Part shown: positions 43,800 through 58,336 of the stretch, in pieces
Layout of the letters: each line of letters opens with the position of its first letter
Numbering within the stretch: position 1 is the first letter of the stretch
NCBI RefSeq assembly: GCF_009914755.1
Contig: NC_060928.1
Reading direction: 5' to 3' (one strand)
Length of the DNA stretch: 64,000 nucleotides
DNA from: the human T2T-CHM13v2.0 reference genome, Homo sapiens
The notes under the pieces: model-generated
What the model saw: the letters and a program-made list of their open reading frames with translations, nothing else
Told to the model about the DNA's origin: nothing
The model's database searches: none
Position numbers and translations under genes: made by a program

Positions 43800-44430
43800 A
43801 GGAGTATCATAGTAAGGAAAATGCCATTCAATGAGGCATCTGGAAATTTGTATGAGCATTTTGTTGTCACATGTGGATGGTATTTAACGTATATGTATGA
43901 GGACTGTTAGATATTCTGCACTGTGGAAAAATAGATCTTTGTCATGTACATATTTTGAATGATCTGATATGTATTTATATATGATAAAACCTAGAACTAA
44001 TCTTTTGTACATAAATAAAATGTTTTTGGAACCACATTTTGCATGCCTATAGTTTTCTAATAATATTAAAACTGTATAAATACAGAAAATAATTTTTTGT
44101 GGAGGCATATGATAAAAAACTGTTCAGTATTCCCCCAAACTTATATCAGCAAAGGCAATGCCACTCTTGATATTCACCTACCACTATCAGTGGCAATTGT
44201 CTGTTTAATATGATGCAAAGGTTTGTGTCTTCTCCCAAAGGTATGATTATTAAAGGACATATTATTTTTTAACTTAAATTTGCTTTTATGTTTCCTAATA
44301 CAGTTAGGGAATTATTTCTTTTTGTAGCTGCCTATGAAGTTGGGTTACAGTTTCTCTGTTTATCATTGCATGATAACAATTCATTACAATATGTGAGAAG
44401 TTGGTTTGAAATGATTGAGAATGAATGGTC
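43800..44430 (+). mobile_element. hAT-Charlie MER20B-like element
   Basis: gaggcatctggaaatttgtatgagcattttgttgtcaca...cctagaactaatc...aaaggcaatgccactcttgatatt...atacagttagggaatt...gattgagaatgaatggtcta. Confidence 0.55.
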
Positions 44431-44529
44431 TAACATTTAGCTTGTTCATATATGTATTTTATATAGGCATTTTATTGCTATTTTCATCAGCTACATCTAA
44501 TATCACTACTACTTTGTAAAGTAAAATAA

Positions 44530-44770
44530 AATAATAACAACTAACTGCTGTCTTTTTCTAAGGGTCTTCTGCCAATCACTTTATGTTTATTATTCCATTA
44601 ATCCTCTCAAGACCTGTATAAGGTCTTGAGAGGATTAATGGAATAATCCTCTGAACAAAGTGAAATTGAAAGAAATGATGTCTTATGCAAATATCACAAA
44701 GCTAGTTATCATAAGACATGACTTGATCTCTTGTCGATGTACTTCTTTTCAAACATGAACTTTGTATTTT
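44530..44770 (-). mobile_element. MIR containing a perfect 59-nt fold-back hairpin
   Basis: aataacaactaac...gccaatcactttatgtttattattccattaatcctctcaagacctgtataagg...gaaattgaaagaaatgatgtcttatgcaaatatcacaaagctagt. Confidence 0.7.
44589..44647. repeat. Perfect inverted repeat, 27-bp arms, 5-nt loop
   Basis: attattccattaatcctctcaagacct [gtata] aggtcttgagaggattaatggaataat. Confidence 0.97.
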
Positions 44771-46639
44771 TATGCTCCATAGCACATTCTAAAGGGTATT
44801 ATGCAAGTTATTCCAAAAAAAAAAAAACCTCCAGTTTCCTTTCATGGAAAAAAACTGGGAGTATGGACAATGTTATGACTCAGACTGAAACAACACCTCA
44901 AAGCCATTTTAAGTGGAGACATGTCCATGTTCCAGCTCTTGGAGATATTTGGTCTGGGTCACCTGTTTTCTCTGGTGGCATTCCCGTGACTGCCTGTATG
45001 GCAGTTGTTCCTACCACGGTTTCACCAGAGAGCAAGCCCTGTGTCATATGCTTCATACAGAAGATGCTCACATTTGTAATACTTTTGACAATAGTAAACC
45101 CCAGTCAAGAAAGAAAACTCTGTTAAATGGTATATTGCTTACTTAATGTGAACTCTTTCAATCTGTGTGTAAAATTCAAATAATTCAGTAAATGAGTCAT
45201 TCTTTAAATTAAGCCTTCAATCGATTAAAATTGTTTTTCAATTGAAAGGAATCCTAGTTTGAATTAAATGTGTGACATAATGTCAAGACAGTGTTTAAAT
45301 TTCTTGAATAAAAAAATGGTAAACTCACACTGAATTTGGAATTTGATTTTCAAAACTGATTTAAAACAACTGTTATCTACTTGTAGCTAAGCATTTTAAA
45401 TGGTTTGAAATATTATTTTTTAAAATCAGACTAGGTATCTAAATTACAAATTTAAAATTATTTTGTTCAAAATATCAATGAAAAGAAACTAATTTTGTAT
45501 TAGTTAGATATATGCTAACATTTAAAAAGTATACAACTGAATTTCTTCAGGTAAAACAGGAAAATTCAATCCCTAATTTTTATCAATCTTTTGATTTGGA
45601 AATGTGACAGTAATTGTAAATCTTGTTGACATGATTTCCCCATGTTCTGGCAAATATTTGAGCTTGTATTTAAACAGCCAACACTCATTATCTGTTACTC
45701 TGGTTTCCTTTTCATTTTGGGGAATATATTCTTTTTTCTTGTGTTGCAGGGTCATTCTAACTAATAGGTTTGTATTACTAAGTATGAAGAAGGTGACTAC
45801 ATAGATGATGTTGATAGCATGCCATCATTTTTATATTTATAAAAAGCAATTTTTTAAAGGTAAGAATTCTTAAGTATTATAGGATTAGCAGTAACAGGAA
45901 TAGATAGTGTCTGTCATAGCTTAAGCTGAGCAAGGGAACCCATTTCTGCTTTCTTTTTACATTTGTTTAGCTTTAGCAGTAACAAAGCACTATTTGTCTA
46001 ACAGATCCTCACTAGGTAAGAGGCTGCATCCAGCCTATGATATCAGCATTTTCACTTTAAAATTTATTTGATTGATAACACAGTATCCCAGATGTTGTCT
46101 GATATATCTTAGCTCAGTGACTAATATTTATTTTGAAATGCAGGGCACAATAAATCAGAAAAAATTAAGTCCATTTATTTTCTATTAAAGCTATTCAAAA
46201 TAATACTTCTAATTGAATGATGACAATAGGATTGAGGGAACAAAAGAAAGATAAAATGTTCTATAATCCTTCTGACCAGGTTTGGCTGCAGATGACCTCT
46301 TGTTCTTTCTCTGATTTCTCATTGTTCCACAAGAGCCTGTACAGAACAGAACAAGAATTCTTTAGTCTCTCTCGTGCAGCATTAATAATGCCTCTTATCT
46401 CTTATGACATTGACCTATAAATAAATGGGAGTTAAAGACTACACAGCACAAGATCAAAAGTATATTTTATGTAGTGACAGCCTAACCATCAGATACATTA
46501 AAATATTGAATATATACCAATCCTAGGTCAGTAAGCAATTTCTGGTATGGAATAATAATAAAACTCTCAATATGTGAGATATGAGTGGGAATTATTGATT
46601 AGGCTCAATTAAAAATTAGTGTTCAAGACATAAATTTTT

Positions 46640-48670
46640 TTAGATTTATATTAAATGTCCCTCTCTATTTCTTGTACAATGGCTTGTCTTGAAGTTTATT
46701 TTATCTGATATTAATATAGCAACACTAGTTTGCTTATTATTAATGTTTGCATGGGATACATTTTAATATTTTACTTGTGATTCATTCATGTCTTTACATT
46801 TGAAGTGCATCTTATTGAAAGGAATAATTTTGTATGGTTTATCATTTTTTGTTTTCAGAGTTTGGGCTGGCAATTTGGAACAATCTGTACATTTTAATTG
46901 AACTGTACCTTCAATTTATATTTGATGTAATGCAGTTGTATTTATATTTACAATTTTCCATCCATATCTATTGATTCATTTTTTAATTTTCCCATTTTGT
47001 ATTTATCATTTTTATTTTCTTGAATTGATCAACTATTTTTTTAATATTCCACTTAAGTTCCATTAATGGACTTTCTGCCATATCATTCTGTATCTATTGT
47101 ATGCTTGCTGTTGGGATTATTTTATGTTTGTTTACCTCAGTATAGGGTCAATATTTTAACACTTTATGCAAAATGTATGAATTTTATAATATTTGTATTT
47201 AATTTACCTCAAATTTGTTGTACCATGGACATATATTTTGCATCTACATGTGTTAAAACATAATCATACAAGGTTACATTTTTGTATTAAATTATAACTT
47301 GTATATTAAGGTAATTAAGAGAAGAATAAAAAGTAAGTCTTTTGCATTTATTCAATGTATTTATCTAGTCTCAGCCTCTCTTTTGGTCAGCTCCATTTGG
47401 AGTCTGAAAATTTCTTATAGCAGTTTTTGTGGTACAGATCTTTTGATGATAAATTGTTTTAGCTTTCATTTTCTGAAAAGATTTTTAATTCACCTTGCTT
47501 TTTCAAAGCATTTTGACTGGATATAGAATTTTTGTTTCTTTTCTTTCATTTGTTTCCTTGTTCACTTTTCCTATAAGCACCTTAAAGATGTTGGCCCATT
47601 CCTTGTGTGCTTGCATTGATATTTTCTGATTCTTGGGAATTCGACCATTATTTGTGTCATTTCTATTTTACTCTGACTGCTTTCAAGATTTCTATTTAGT
47701 TGTCAGCAATTTAATTACAATATGTCTAGGTGTGATTCTCTTTGCATTTGGCCTGCTAAAGGGTTCCTGTACATCTCGAATCTGTGAATTTGTATTTTTC
47801 TTCTTCTTTGGGACATCTTTGCCATTACTTCCTCAAATACACATGCACGCATGCGCATGCACACACACATACACACATATAGTCCCCTGTCACATTCTCT
47901 CTTTCCTAAGAATCTAATTACACATATTCTGAACCAACTGGATACAGGCATCAAATTTACTTTTTTTTCAATCTGTTTTGCTGCCTGTGTTGTTGCCTGT
48001 ACTTCATATTTTATAGTTTTTTTGATTGATTAATTGATTTTTAGAAACAAGGTCTTGCTCTGTCTCCCAACCTGGAGTGCAGCGGCATAATCATAGTTCA
48101 CTGCAGCTTCTGACTCCTGGGCCCAAGTGGTTCTCCCGCGTCAGCCTTTCAAATAGCTAGAACTATAGGTATGCACCAGCACAACCAGCTAAGTTCTTTA
48201 AATTTGTGTAGAGATTAGGGTCTCACAATGCTGCCCAGACTCATCTCAAGTTCCTGGACTCAAGAGATCCTCTCTCCTCAGCTGTCCAAAGCGCTGATAT
48301 TACAGGTGTGAGCCACTTCACCCAATTGTATACCTTCTATTGATTTGTCTACGATGTCGCTGAATCTTTCTTTGCCATCTTTAATCTTTTGTTAGTTACA
48401 TCCAATAAATTTTTATTTTAACTTCTTAGAACTTTCATTTTGTTTTTTAGTAGTTCTATTTTTAGTTTTACTTATTAAGATTTGCTTTTCTTAAAGTGTT
48501 TGCACATATTTCAAACAACTGCTTTAAAACTCTGCCTACTAATTTCTATTTCTGATTTATCTTGGATTATTTATTTATTTATTAATTTTCCTTCAGTCAT
48601 ATTTTCCTAGTCCATCACATATTTAATTATTTTTATGTATTACTAGACACTTCGGATGGTATACTGTGCA
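46640..48670 (-). mobile_element. Old L1M (ORF1 / ORF2 5' region), interrupted by an AluJ
   Basis: ttgtcttgaagtttattttatctgatattaatatagcaacactag...atgtttgcatgg...tctgactgctttcaagatttc...cagcaatttaattacaatatgtctaggtgtg. Confidence 0.75.
48018..48327 (-). mobile_element. AluJ (Jo-like)
   Basis: agaaacaaggtcttgctctgtc...ataatcatagttcactgcagc...ttcctggactcaagagatcctc...ttacaggtgtgagccac. Confidence 0.9.
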
Positions 48671-49134
48671 GGCTCTCATCCCAGATTAGCCAAGACTTTG
48701 AGGAAAGGTTATACCTAGGTATGGATATCTTTCATTAATTTTTTGAGCTAATATGTTAAAAATAAGGTTGATTAGACTTTAAAATATGGTTTTCAAGAAA
48801 TTATATTACAAGAATTTTATGAAATTTTTTCTTTAAATACAGAAAATGCCTATATAAGTGTAAGTATATATGCATATATTTGCACATATATAACCTTTAT
48901 AGTAATTAATATTTTATAGCATTATGTTCAATGTTGATCATGGTAACAATACTTGAATAAAATCAATCGCTGAAATGTAATTCTTTCCCATTTTTGTATA
49001 AAATTACTTATCAGTGTAAGTAGTGCTGGGAAAACTGGATATCCATGTGTAGAAGAATAAAATTATACCCACACCTATTATCCTATACAAAAATCAACTT
49101 AAAGTAGAAGAAACACACAAATGTAAGACTCAAA

Positions 49135-49356
49135 GGAGTTGAACAATGAGGACACATGAACACAGAGAGGGGAATATCACACACTAGGGCCTGTCAGGGG
49201 CTGGGGGGCTAGGGGAGGAATAGCATTAGGAGAAATAGCTAATGTAGATAGCAGGTTGATGGGTGCAGTAAGCCACCATGGCACATGTATACCAATGTAA
49301 CAAACCTGCACGTTCTGCACATGCACCCCATAACTTAAAGTATAATTAAAAAAAAA
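49135..49356 (+). mobile_element. Short L1PA (about PA7) 3'UTR inserted in the L1MA
   Basis: ggagttgaacaatgaggacacatg...ggggctggggggctaggggaggaatagcattaggagaaata...aacctgcacgttctgcacatg...aacttaaagtataattaaaaaaaaa. Confidence 0.92.
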
Positions 49357-49986
49357 CCTTAGAATAAAACATATGGGAAATTTTTCAGGCATTCATATAG
49401 GAAAATATTTTATAAGACTTCAAAAGCACAGACAACAAAAGCAAAAAAAGAAAAAATACGACTTTATATCAAACTAAAAAGCTTCTGCATAAAAAAGAAA
49501 CAACAGAGTGAGAAGACAATTTACAGAATGGGAGAAATATTTGCAAACTATTCATTCAACGGGTGTTTAATATTCACAATATCCAATGAACTCAAACATC
49601 TCAACACTAAAAAAAAACTGATTAAAAAATGGACAAGTTATCTAAACAGACAATCTCGAAGAAAACAAAAGTGTTGTGGGCATTCTCTAAAAGACAAAAA
49701 TATAAAATGCTGGAGAGGACGCAGATAAAAGGGAACCCTTATATACTAGTGGTTTGAATGTAAACTAGTACAGCCACTATGGAAAACAGTATGAAGATTC
49801 CTCAAAAAACTAAAAAAAGAATGACCATATGAGCCAGCAATTCCAACTACTGGGCATTTATCCAAATGAAAAATAAGATCAGTATGTTGAACATCTGCAT
49901 CCCCATGTTCACTGCAGAACTATTCACAGTAGTGAGTTAACCTATAGGTGTCCAAAAACAGATAAATTGATGAGGAGAATGTGATC

Positions 49987-50044
49987 TATACACAATATCA
50001 CATTGTGTGATATACACAATATCACATTGTGTGATATACACAAT
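49987..50044. repeat. 24-bp tandem repeat (2.4 copies) made of overlapping palindromes
   Basis: (tatacacaatatcacattgtgtga)2 tatacacaat. Confidence 0.95.
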
Positions 50045-53000
50045 GGGATACTATTTGGCCATAAAAAGATTAAAAGAATGAAAATCTGTCATTCATAACA
50101 ACATGGATGTAACTGGAGGGCATTATATGAGTGAAATAAGCCAGGAATAAAAAGTTAAACACTGCAGATTCTCACTCCTATGTGGAAGCTAAAAAAGTCG
50201 GTCTCACAGAAATTAAAAAGTAGAACAGAGGAAGGGTGTGGGAAGGGAGGAATAGGGAGAGATTTATTAAGGGGTATATAATTATAGCTAGATGGGGGGA
50301 AAATTTCTAGTGTTCTATACCACCGTAGGATGACTATAGTTGACAATGTGTTATACAGTTTCAGATAACTAGAAGGAGGATGTTGAATGTTCCCAACACA
50401 AAGAAACGATAAAGGTTGGAGATGCTGGCTATGCTAATTACCTGGAAAATAGTATACATCACTAACTGCTGTTAGTGGTCTAGTCACTATACAGTAATAC
50501 AAAATTACTAATAGTAATTAGTTCTTCAATTAATATTAGTGATCTAATCATTTATATATATCAAAACATATATTCCATTAATATGAACAATTATTACATG
50601 TCAATTAAAAAAATTTAAATGCCACAGTACTTACTTTTCCTATAGTCTAAGGTGAAAGCATAACATTTTCTTCTACCTATAATTAGATATTAGTACTAAT
50701 TCTCATAAAACCTGCTAAGCTTCCTGGGAAAGTCCCATTTAGACCTCTAAACTACAGAAACTTGAACACATTTCGGCAACCATGGTAATGTGAAGGGGTG
50801 ATCCCTTCACATTTATGATATTCATTAGAATCTCTATGATTTGTGCAGATCATATTTAAAGCAGAAAAAAAGTGTTGTGGAGTTTTACTTGTTAATAAAC
50901 ACTATAAGCTTATTTTCCATACAAGATCTCTTTCCTATTTTTCTTCACATTTCCCTTAAATAATGTGTTTCCCCTTCTGCTGTTAAATTAATTTATGTTT
51001 ATAAAAGTTAATCTACTTTCTTTTTTTTTTTTTTGATTTTTTACCTCTAAAATAAGTGTGAAATTATTTTGAGTTTCTCTAAAGATTGTTTGTTATGAGA
51101 TAGAGTAAGGCAAAATACGAAGAGATGAAAGAAGACAAAGCCTTTGCTTTAGAAGTAATGAGATGTCGAAACCACTGAAAGACTCAAAAGTAAAGGACTC
51201 ACGGTCACTTTTTGTTCTGGTGGCTCCTATGTGTACAGAACCAGCTTAACGCTGCCCACAGGTAATCCAGAGAACATGCGTTGAAACTAATCCACTTTTA
51301 TATTTTGAAAGTATTTACAATGTTCATTTTTGTTACGTTCTGGCTTAAGATAAAGAAAATAATTTTTAAAAATAAAATTTCAAGGTACCCAGAGAAGATA
51401 TACTGTATTTTAAATGCCACAGAAGCAAGACATTTCAGATTTTTTTTTACAAAGTAAAGAGAGCTGTGTAACAATAACAAACACAAATAATCACAAACAT
51501 TAAATAATAATAATAGTAATAAAGATAATTAGTAATCAGACTGATGTAAACAGGTGTTTTATGAAAGAAACTCCCCATCAAATTATTGATGAATAAGACA
51601 ATAAAAAGCTGAAAAGTTAGGCAAATCACCAATTTCTAATGGAAATGTACCAGCTCATGAAATTAAAACAAACTAACCAACCAAAGCCAATTAATAAAGT
51701 CTATTAAGATTTGTTTCAGGCAGATGATTTCAATGATTTTTATAAACTCATGATACATATGTAATCTTTCTCACTCCCCAAATATGGAACAACTTCTAAT
51801 GCTCTGATTCCTACATTCAGACATCATTCCTAGTTCTATGCACTTGACTTTATAAGCTTTTTTTGAGAAGTCTATTAGACATTAATATTTATTTATTTTA
51901 TTTTGTTTTCTGTTAAAAACTTTATATCTATGGCATTAGACTCTTCATATGCTATGATAAAGTTGAGCAAATGAGAATTTGAAAATTGAATTTTGTTTAG
52001 TGTGAATTTATTTCTCATCTTGGTTATTTAAAGTATAAAATAATCAAAATTTATCTTATATATACTTTTCTAATATAGACAATCATCTTAAACAATATAA
52101 AATAACAGATATCTATAAATGGATAACATAAAATATAGACAAAGATTTCCCAAAGTACTGAATAAACTCATTCTCAATATTCATCTGAAAATTGACATTA
52201 ACTTTTGCATTTTGGCCACTACTCATCTTCACACCCATTTCTGGAAATCCCTCTCATATGCTCTTTATTTCCCCTGTGGTTTGATAAGAACATAGTGAAT
52301 GTAGAGCATACTTGGATTCCACGAGAATATGGTTGAATCATAAATATCTCTATAGCAGAATCCATTTAAAAACATATAAATGAGTAGTTGGTTTGGGGTA
52401 TGTTCAATGTTTTATGTGAACTATTTCCCTAAATATTAATTACTTGTAGTAATGCTTTCTTGGAAAACCAAATGCTACAAATAAATATTGTAAATCAGAA
52501 TTAGTGCCAATATTAGAATGTTGTATACAGTAACTATTATATATAATTTATTTTAGGTAATACAAAGTACATATGGTAATAATATATTGTAAATATTCAA
52601 AATATGCTTAGATCCCCTTATTATTATTCTCCACTATGTTTTAGAGTATTTTAAATTCATAATCTAAAAAATTAATAATCTATTTTTCTTACATCAGAAG
52701 TTTTATGAAACTTATAAATTGTAGAATAAACACTATCAGGATTTTTAACTGACTTGCTTATATTACATACGAGTGCTCTTTACTATGTCTTGGCCTGAAT
52801 TATTTTATATTTTATATTTGTAGGATGTGGGATGATTTTTACTTCCATAATTGCTTTTAAAATTATTTTTTGATCTGACCTTTGATGCATTTTTACAGAA
52901 AGCATGGCAAACATAATTTGATTTGTTTCTTCAAATTGTTGATGCAAGACTAAGAACAATCAAATAATGTGGTTAATAAAAACTACAATGATTTTTAAAT

Positions 53001-54377
53001 AATTATTTGAAATATGCATTCAACGTTTAAAAATATAATTAAAAAATTGAGTTGAGTATCTTCGCTGATACTTTTTAGAATAATAATATAATGGACTGTT
53101 TTTCATTTATTCATTTATAAATTAAGAGTACAAAATTTAGTAAGAATTTGTTGAAAATAGGTTATATGGAAAGCTTTGAGAGATATAATTTTTGGAGGTT
53201 GAAAATTACTTTAGTCACAATATTAATTCAACATAAGTAAAATTAACAATTATATTTAAAATGTGATAGTTATTTAAAAAACTCGCAATTTTAACTTATT
53301 GTGCCTTAGCAGTTACTGGTGTAAGTAATGAATTTTTTGTCAATTAAAACACATCTAGTAACATCTACTGATGAAAAGCTGCAATATTAAAGGTTCAATA
53401 TAACTAAACTGTCACCTGAAAAATTTTAAAACATCTAAAATTTATTAATATCTTCTTCCTTCCAAACAGTAATGAGATTGCCAACTTTTATCAGTATTTT
53501 AGTGACATTTTGGTATTTATATTTCCTAATTTGTCATAGTTACTATTACTGTTTACAGTCAGCACTTGTTTATTATATAATCAGAATAGAGTTTCAGTAT
53601 TAACCATTATATAATTTGAAGATAAATAATCTTTTGAAAAAGTCTGTGATTTCAATATGTTGGGTCTCATAAAAGTGATACTAAAAATCTAATGCTTTAC
53701 AATCTTTTTCTGTCTTAGTAATCTAAACTGAAGTATCTGTAGCTAACATAGTACCAATCATGGCAACATATGTAATAAGAATATTTTCTTGGGCTTTAAC
53801 TTACATATGTGTGAATTATAGAATTAGTTACAGGCAAGGGTGACTGACTCTGTCTTAAATCAGACTGCTAACATTTACAGTCACAGCCACAAGATAAAAA
53901 ATACAACTAGCACTAACTGGAGCACTTCCAATAATGGCCTTTTTGAAGAGGATTTATTACTGTGGTGCTAGGGCCCTGTTCAGAAGTCCTGTTCTGGGGT
54001 GTTGTGTGCTAACCAGTGAAAATATTCATTATGTATTATATATACTGTGTGTACTTGCACTCACACTGTGTGTATGTAAATACATAGCACATGTACCTAG
54101 GAAAATATAAGAAAGATAATATAGATTTCACTCAGACCCACCATACCCTAGTCCATATATTTTAAAACTTGAATTTGTCTATTGCAAATTTTCTATTTTT
54201 GAATTAGTTAGCTCTTTCCTTGTCATTAAGGTCTAAATAGAAACAGGCAGGTGAACTGTTCTTATGACCCATTCCTTATTTGCATATTTTTTCCTGAATT
54301 AATTTAAAACTCAGCACCAATTTTTTTTTATTGAGTTATTAGTCAATATACGTTGCAATTCATTCAAAGTCTTCTAA

Positions 54378-54843
54378 ATATAGTTCTCTCTTGCTTGGCC
54401 TCCACATCCACTTTGAACCCTGCCAACCCTGTTTTAGACTCAGGACGCTGACATAATGTGGGCTGTATCAACAGGACTCCAAGACCCTCTGACTTCTAGT
54501 TGAGTCCCACCAATGATTAGCCCCAGTAGGAAATCTAAAGGGTGAAGGAGAGATAGGTCAGGAAAATTATCCTCAGGCTCCCTCTTAGTAAGATCACAAC
54601 AGTTGGTTGTGTTCCTTTACTGAAGGTAACTAATCCTCAAAGCTGTATTTTTTCTTGTTCCTATAACCTCAACCTTCCTTTATTGTTTAAAAATTTCAGC
54701 TAGTGCAGGAATCTGCACTAACACTTGAATTTTCTTACACCTTATTCACACCTTTATAATTTATTCTTACATAAATAAAACCTCTTCAAATAATCTTAAC
54801 TGAAATGTGCTATGTGTCTCCATTTGGTATGTGGATTGATACA
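54378..54843 (+). mobile_element. ERVL solo LTR (LTR33-like)
   Basis: ctcaggacgctgacataatgtgggctgtatcaacaggactccaagaccctctgacttctagttgagtcccaccaatga...cacacctttataa...aataaaacctcttcaaat...attgataca. Confidence 0.72.
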
Positions 54844-55618
54844 TTTTCAGTCATAGAATACATACTTTGTATAGTATGTACATAAGGATACATCAATGTG
54901 CTTGAAATCTAAGACAATATTAATGGAGATCTAATAACTTTGTCAAAACCGACAGTTGATAATGTGTTAACACCTACTACAATATAGTTATTTAGTTTTC
55001 AGGAGAATTCACAGGGCAAAGCACAGAATACTGTGAAAATAACTTGAACATATTACTAATAGACAAAATTTTTTTCAAATTATTACTTAAAATTAATTAC
55101 ATAATTTATATTATGGAACAATTTATCAAATGTTAGAAGATCATCTTCTGTGGTCAAGATTTCTATTTAAGCCCATATAAATGCATTTAAAAACCAGTAT
55201 AAAAATTAAGTACTTTTATTAATTACTGTGTTCCCTATGTTCAAAGAAATAATGAGGTTGTACTACTTCAAAATTTTTGTTTAATTGCTTTTTAAATAAT
55301 AAGATTAGATTTAGATGTTATCTCAAAAGATAGATCAGCATGAAAAGAATTTTAAAAATAAGTGTTTAAAATACATTTTATTTCATCTTCATGAAATATG
55401 TCATAGTCATAATAAAATTGAATTAATAACACCTGGATGGAAAACTAAATTAAGTGCAGAAATACTGGCTATTTCAGTTGAAATTTGAGTATGTTATTTC
55501 CTTTACTTTTCATTTCGTTGTGTTTTCCAAACTGGGACCTAAGTACTAATTTATCAATTTCCCTCTCCAGTTCCACACTGTTAATCACTCAGTGTGTGAA
55601 CTGTAGGTTTACAGGATC

Positions 55619-55750
55619 TGGGCATTTGGCTCAATTGGTGGGTATATTTCTCTAACGAAGCCAAAGATCTATGCCCAGTCCCAGTAGAAGCCACTTTGTT
55701 TCACATAGGAACAGTAACTACATAATGTATCTTTAAACTCAATACTAACT
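55619..55750 (+). mobile_element. tRNA-derived ancient SINE (MamSINE1-like)
   Basis: gggcatttggctcaattggtgggtatatttctctaacgaagccaaagatctatgcccagtcccagtagaagcca resembles a decayed tRNA head (A-box-like tggctcaattggt). Confidence 0.5.
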
Positions 55751-56097
55751 GGAAAAAATCAAACTATTCATATGCAAGCTTACTTTCATATTTTTGCTTG
55801 AGGAAATAGTCTCTACTTCATTATTAAATAAAATAATAATAATATCAATACTGATACTACTGATGAAGCATTTTAGCTTATCATTTCCTGAATACAGCAC
55901 TTCATCTTAAGCTCTCTCAAGTAGAAGGTGCTCATTTTCCATATCTCACAAAATTGGGGGTCAAGGAGATTATATAGGAACCTCCACGATCCCTGCTGCT
56001 GTGATTCTATTTCCAAATTATAACTTCTCCATTTTTATGTGAAAGCATCTGTGAATTAGAGGCTCTTAGCATTGTGTTATATATCATATTCTGTTCA

Positions 56098-56890
<793 letters not shown>

Positions 56891-57964
56891 ATCTCCTTAA
56901 CTCTTTCTCATTCATTAAATTACTGAGCACTGGCCTTACATCTGCCTTTTCCACGCTGACATCAAGCTGGGTAACTTAAACAGAACCTGACATTATCTCT
57001 AATACTATTCACCTTCTGCATATTTCAGCTCTCCTTTATCATGGCTACATCATGGCCTTAGTCAACACCCAGAAGTTTCCTCACATCTAAAATATTAATG
57101 CTGTGATTCCTTTCCTGTGTGACAACATTCTTGCTATTGACAGTGATTATCAACCACTTCTCCCAAAACTCAAATCTTTCTTGTCTTTATCCTTTTTGGA
57201 TTCCTCCTGTCTTCATTTTCCTCTTTGTTCAGTAAATATTTTACAGTATATCACTCTACGTAAAGCTTTTCAGCACTTTAAGTTCCTTTATTCAATTCAT
57301 TTCTGTGTCCTCACGTGACAAAACACCTATTTCAGATTAATCAAATATTTTGCAAAGTCTTGCCTCTATCATTAAAGCAGACATAATTATGACCCTGCAA
57401 GTTTATGATCTCAAAGACCAATTAGATAAACAGTACTACCAGTCGATTATTTCTATTTTTCTTTCCAAGGAAATAGAAATTGACCCTATGGGCAACCAAA
57501 CGGGAAACAGAGCAATCAAAAAACTATCTCCTCTTCCTATGCATAGCACTCCTGTTTTTGAATTATCCCTACTTCCTTACCAGTGACAAACCTCACCAAG
57601 CTTTAATATTCCAGCCTCCGGATAAAGATTTTTGAGATATCCAATCACCAAATTAACATCACTTCAAATTCAGAAAATGGCCCATCTTTTGAATTACTTC
57701 TTTAATATTATAAAGTCCCTCCCAATTGCTCCATATTAAAATCTTCCTGGCTATTCCCTGGGGTGTGTTTCATCTTAAAACAAACTAAATAAACCTGACT
57801 TTGTTTCAGTAAAATTTATCCTGGATTTACTCATAAGATGCTCTCCATTTTCCAAAAGGAAATACAATAATTATTATCTGTCTTCAGATAATAATTTTCT
57901 GTTCTCAGATAATAATTTTCCCTGGCTGTGTTATAGGGAATAGGTTGCAAGGGAGTTAAACTTA

Positions 57965-58336
<372 letters not shown>

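Larger units (their letters stand above)
49018..50618 (+). mobile_element. L1MA (about MA4-5) 3' part, with a nested L1PA 3' end
   Basis: gtgctgggaaaactggatatccatgtgtagaagaa...aaactaaaaagcttctgca...gtacagccactatggaaaacagtatg; 3'UTR tactagaaggaggatgttgaatgttcccaacacaaagaaa...gtcaattaaaaaaa. Confidence 0.88.

Noticed and set aside
44731-45146. 131-aa ORF and nearby AP-1-like TGA(C/G)TCA motifs
   Set aside because: No homology recognised and a non-ATG start; isolated 7-mers are expected by chance, so an enhancer cannot be claimed.
55619-55700. Possible tRNA gene
   Set aside because: B-box and cloverleaf stems are degenerate; better explained as a decayed tRNA-derived SINE head.
56900-57830. 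Possible L2 ORF2 remnant and ERV LTR fragment
   Set aside because: Too decayed to assign or delimit by eye.
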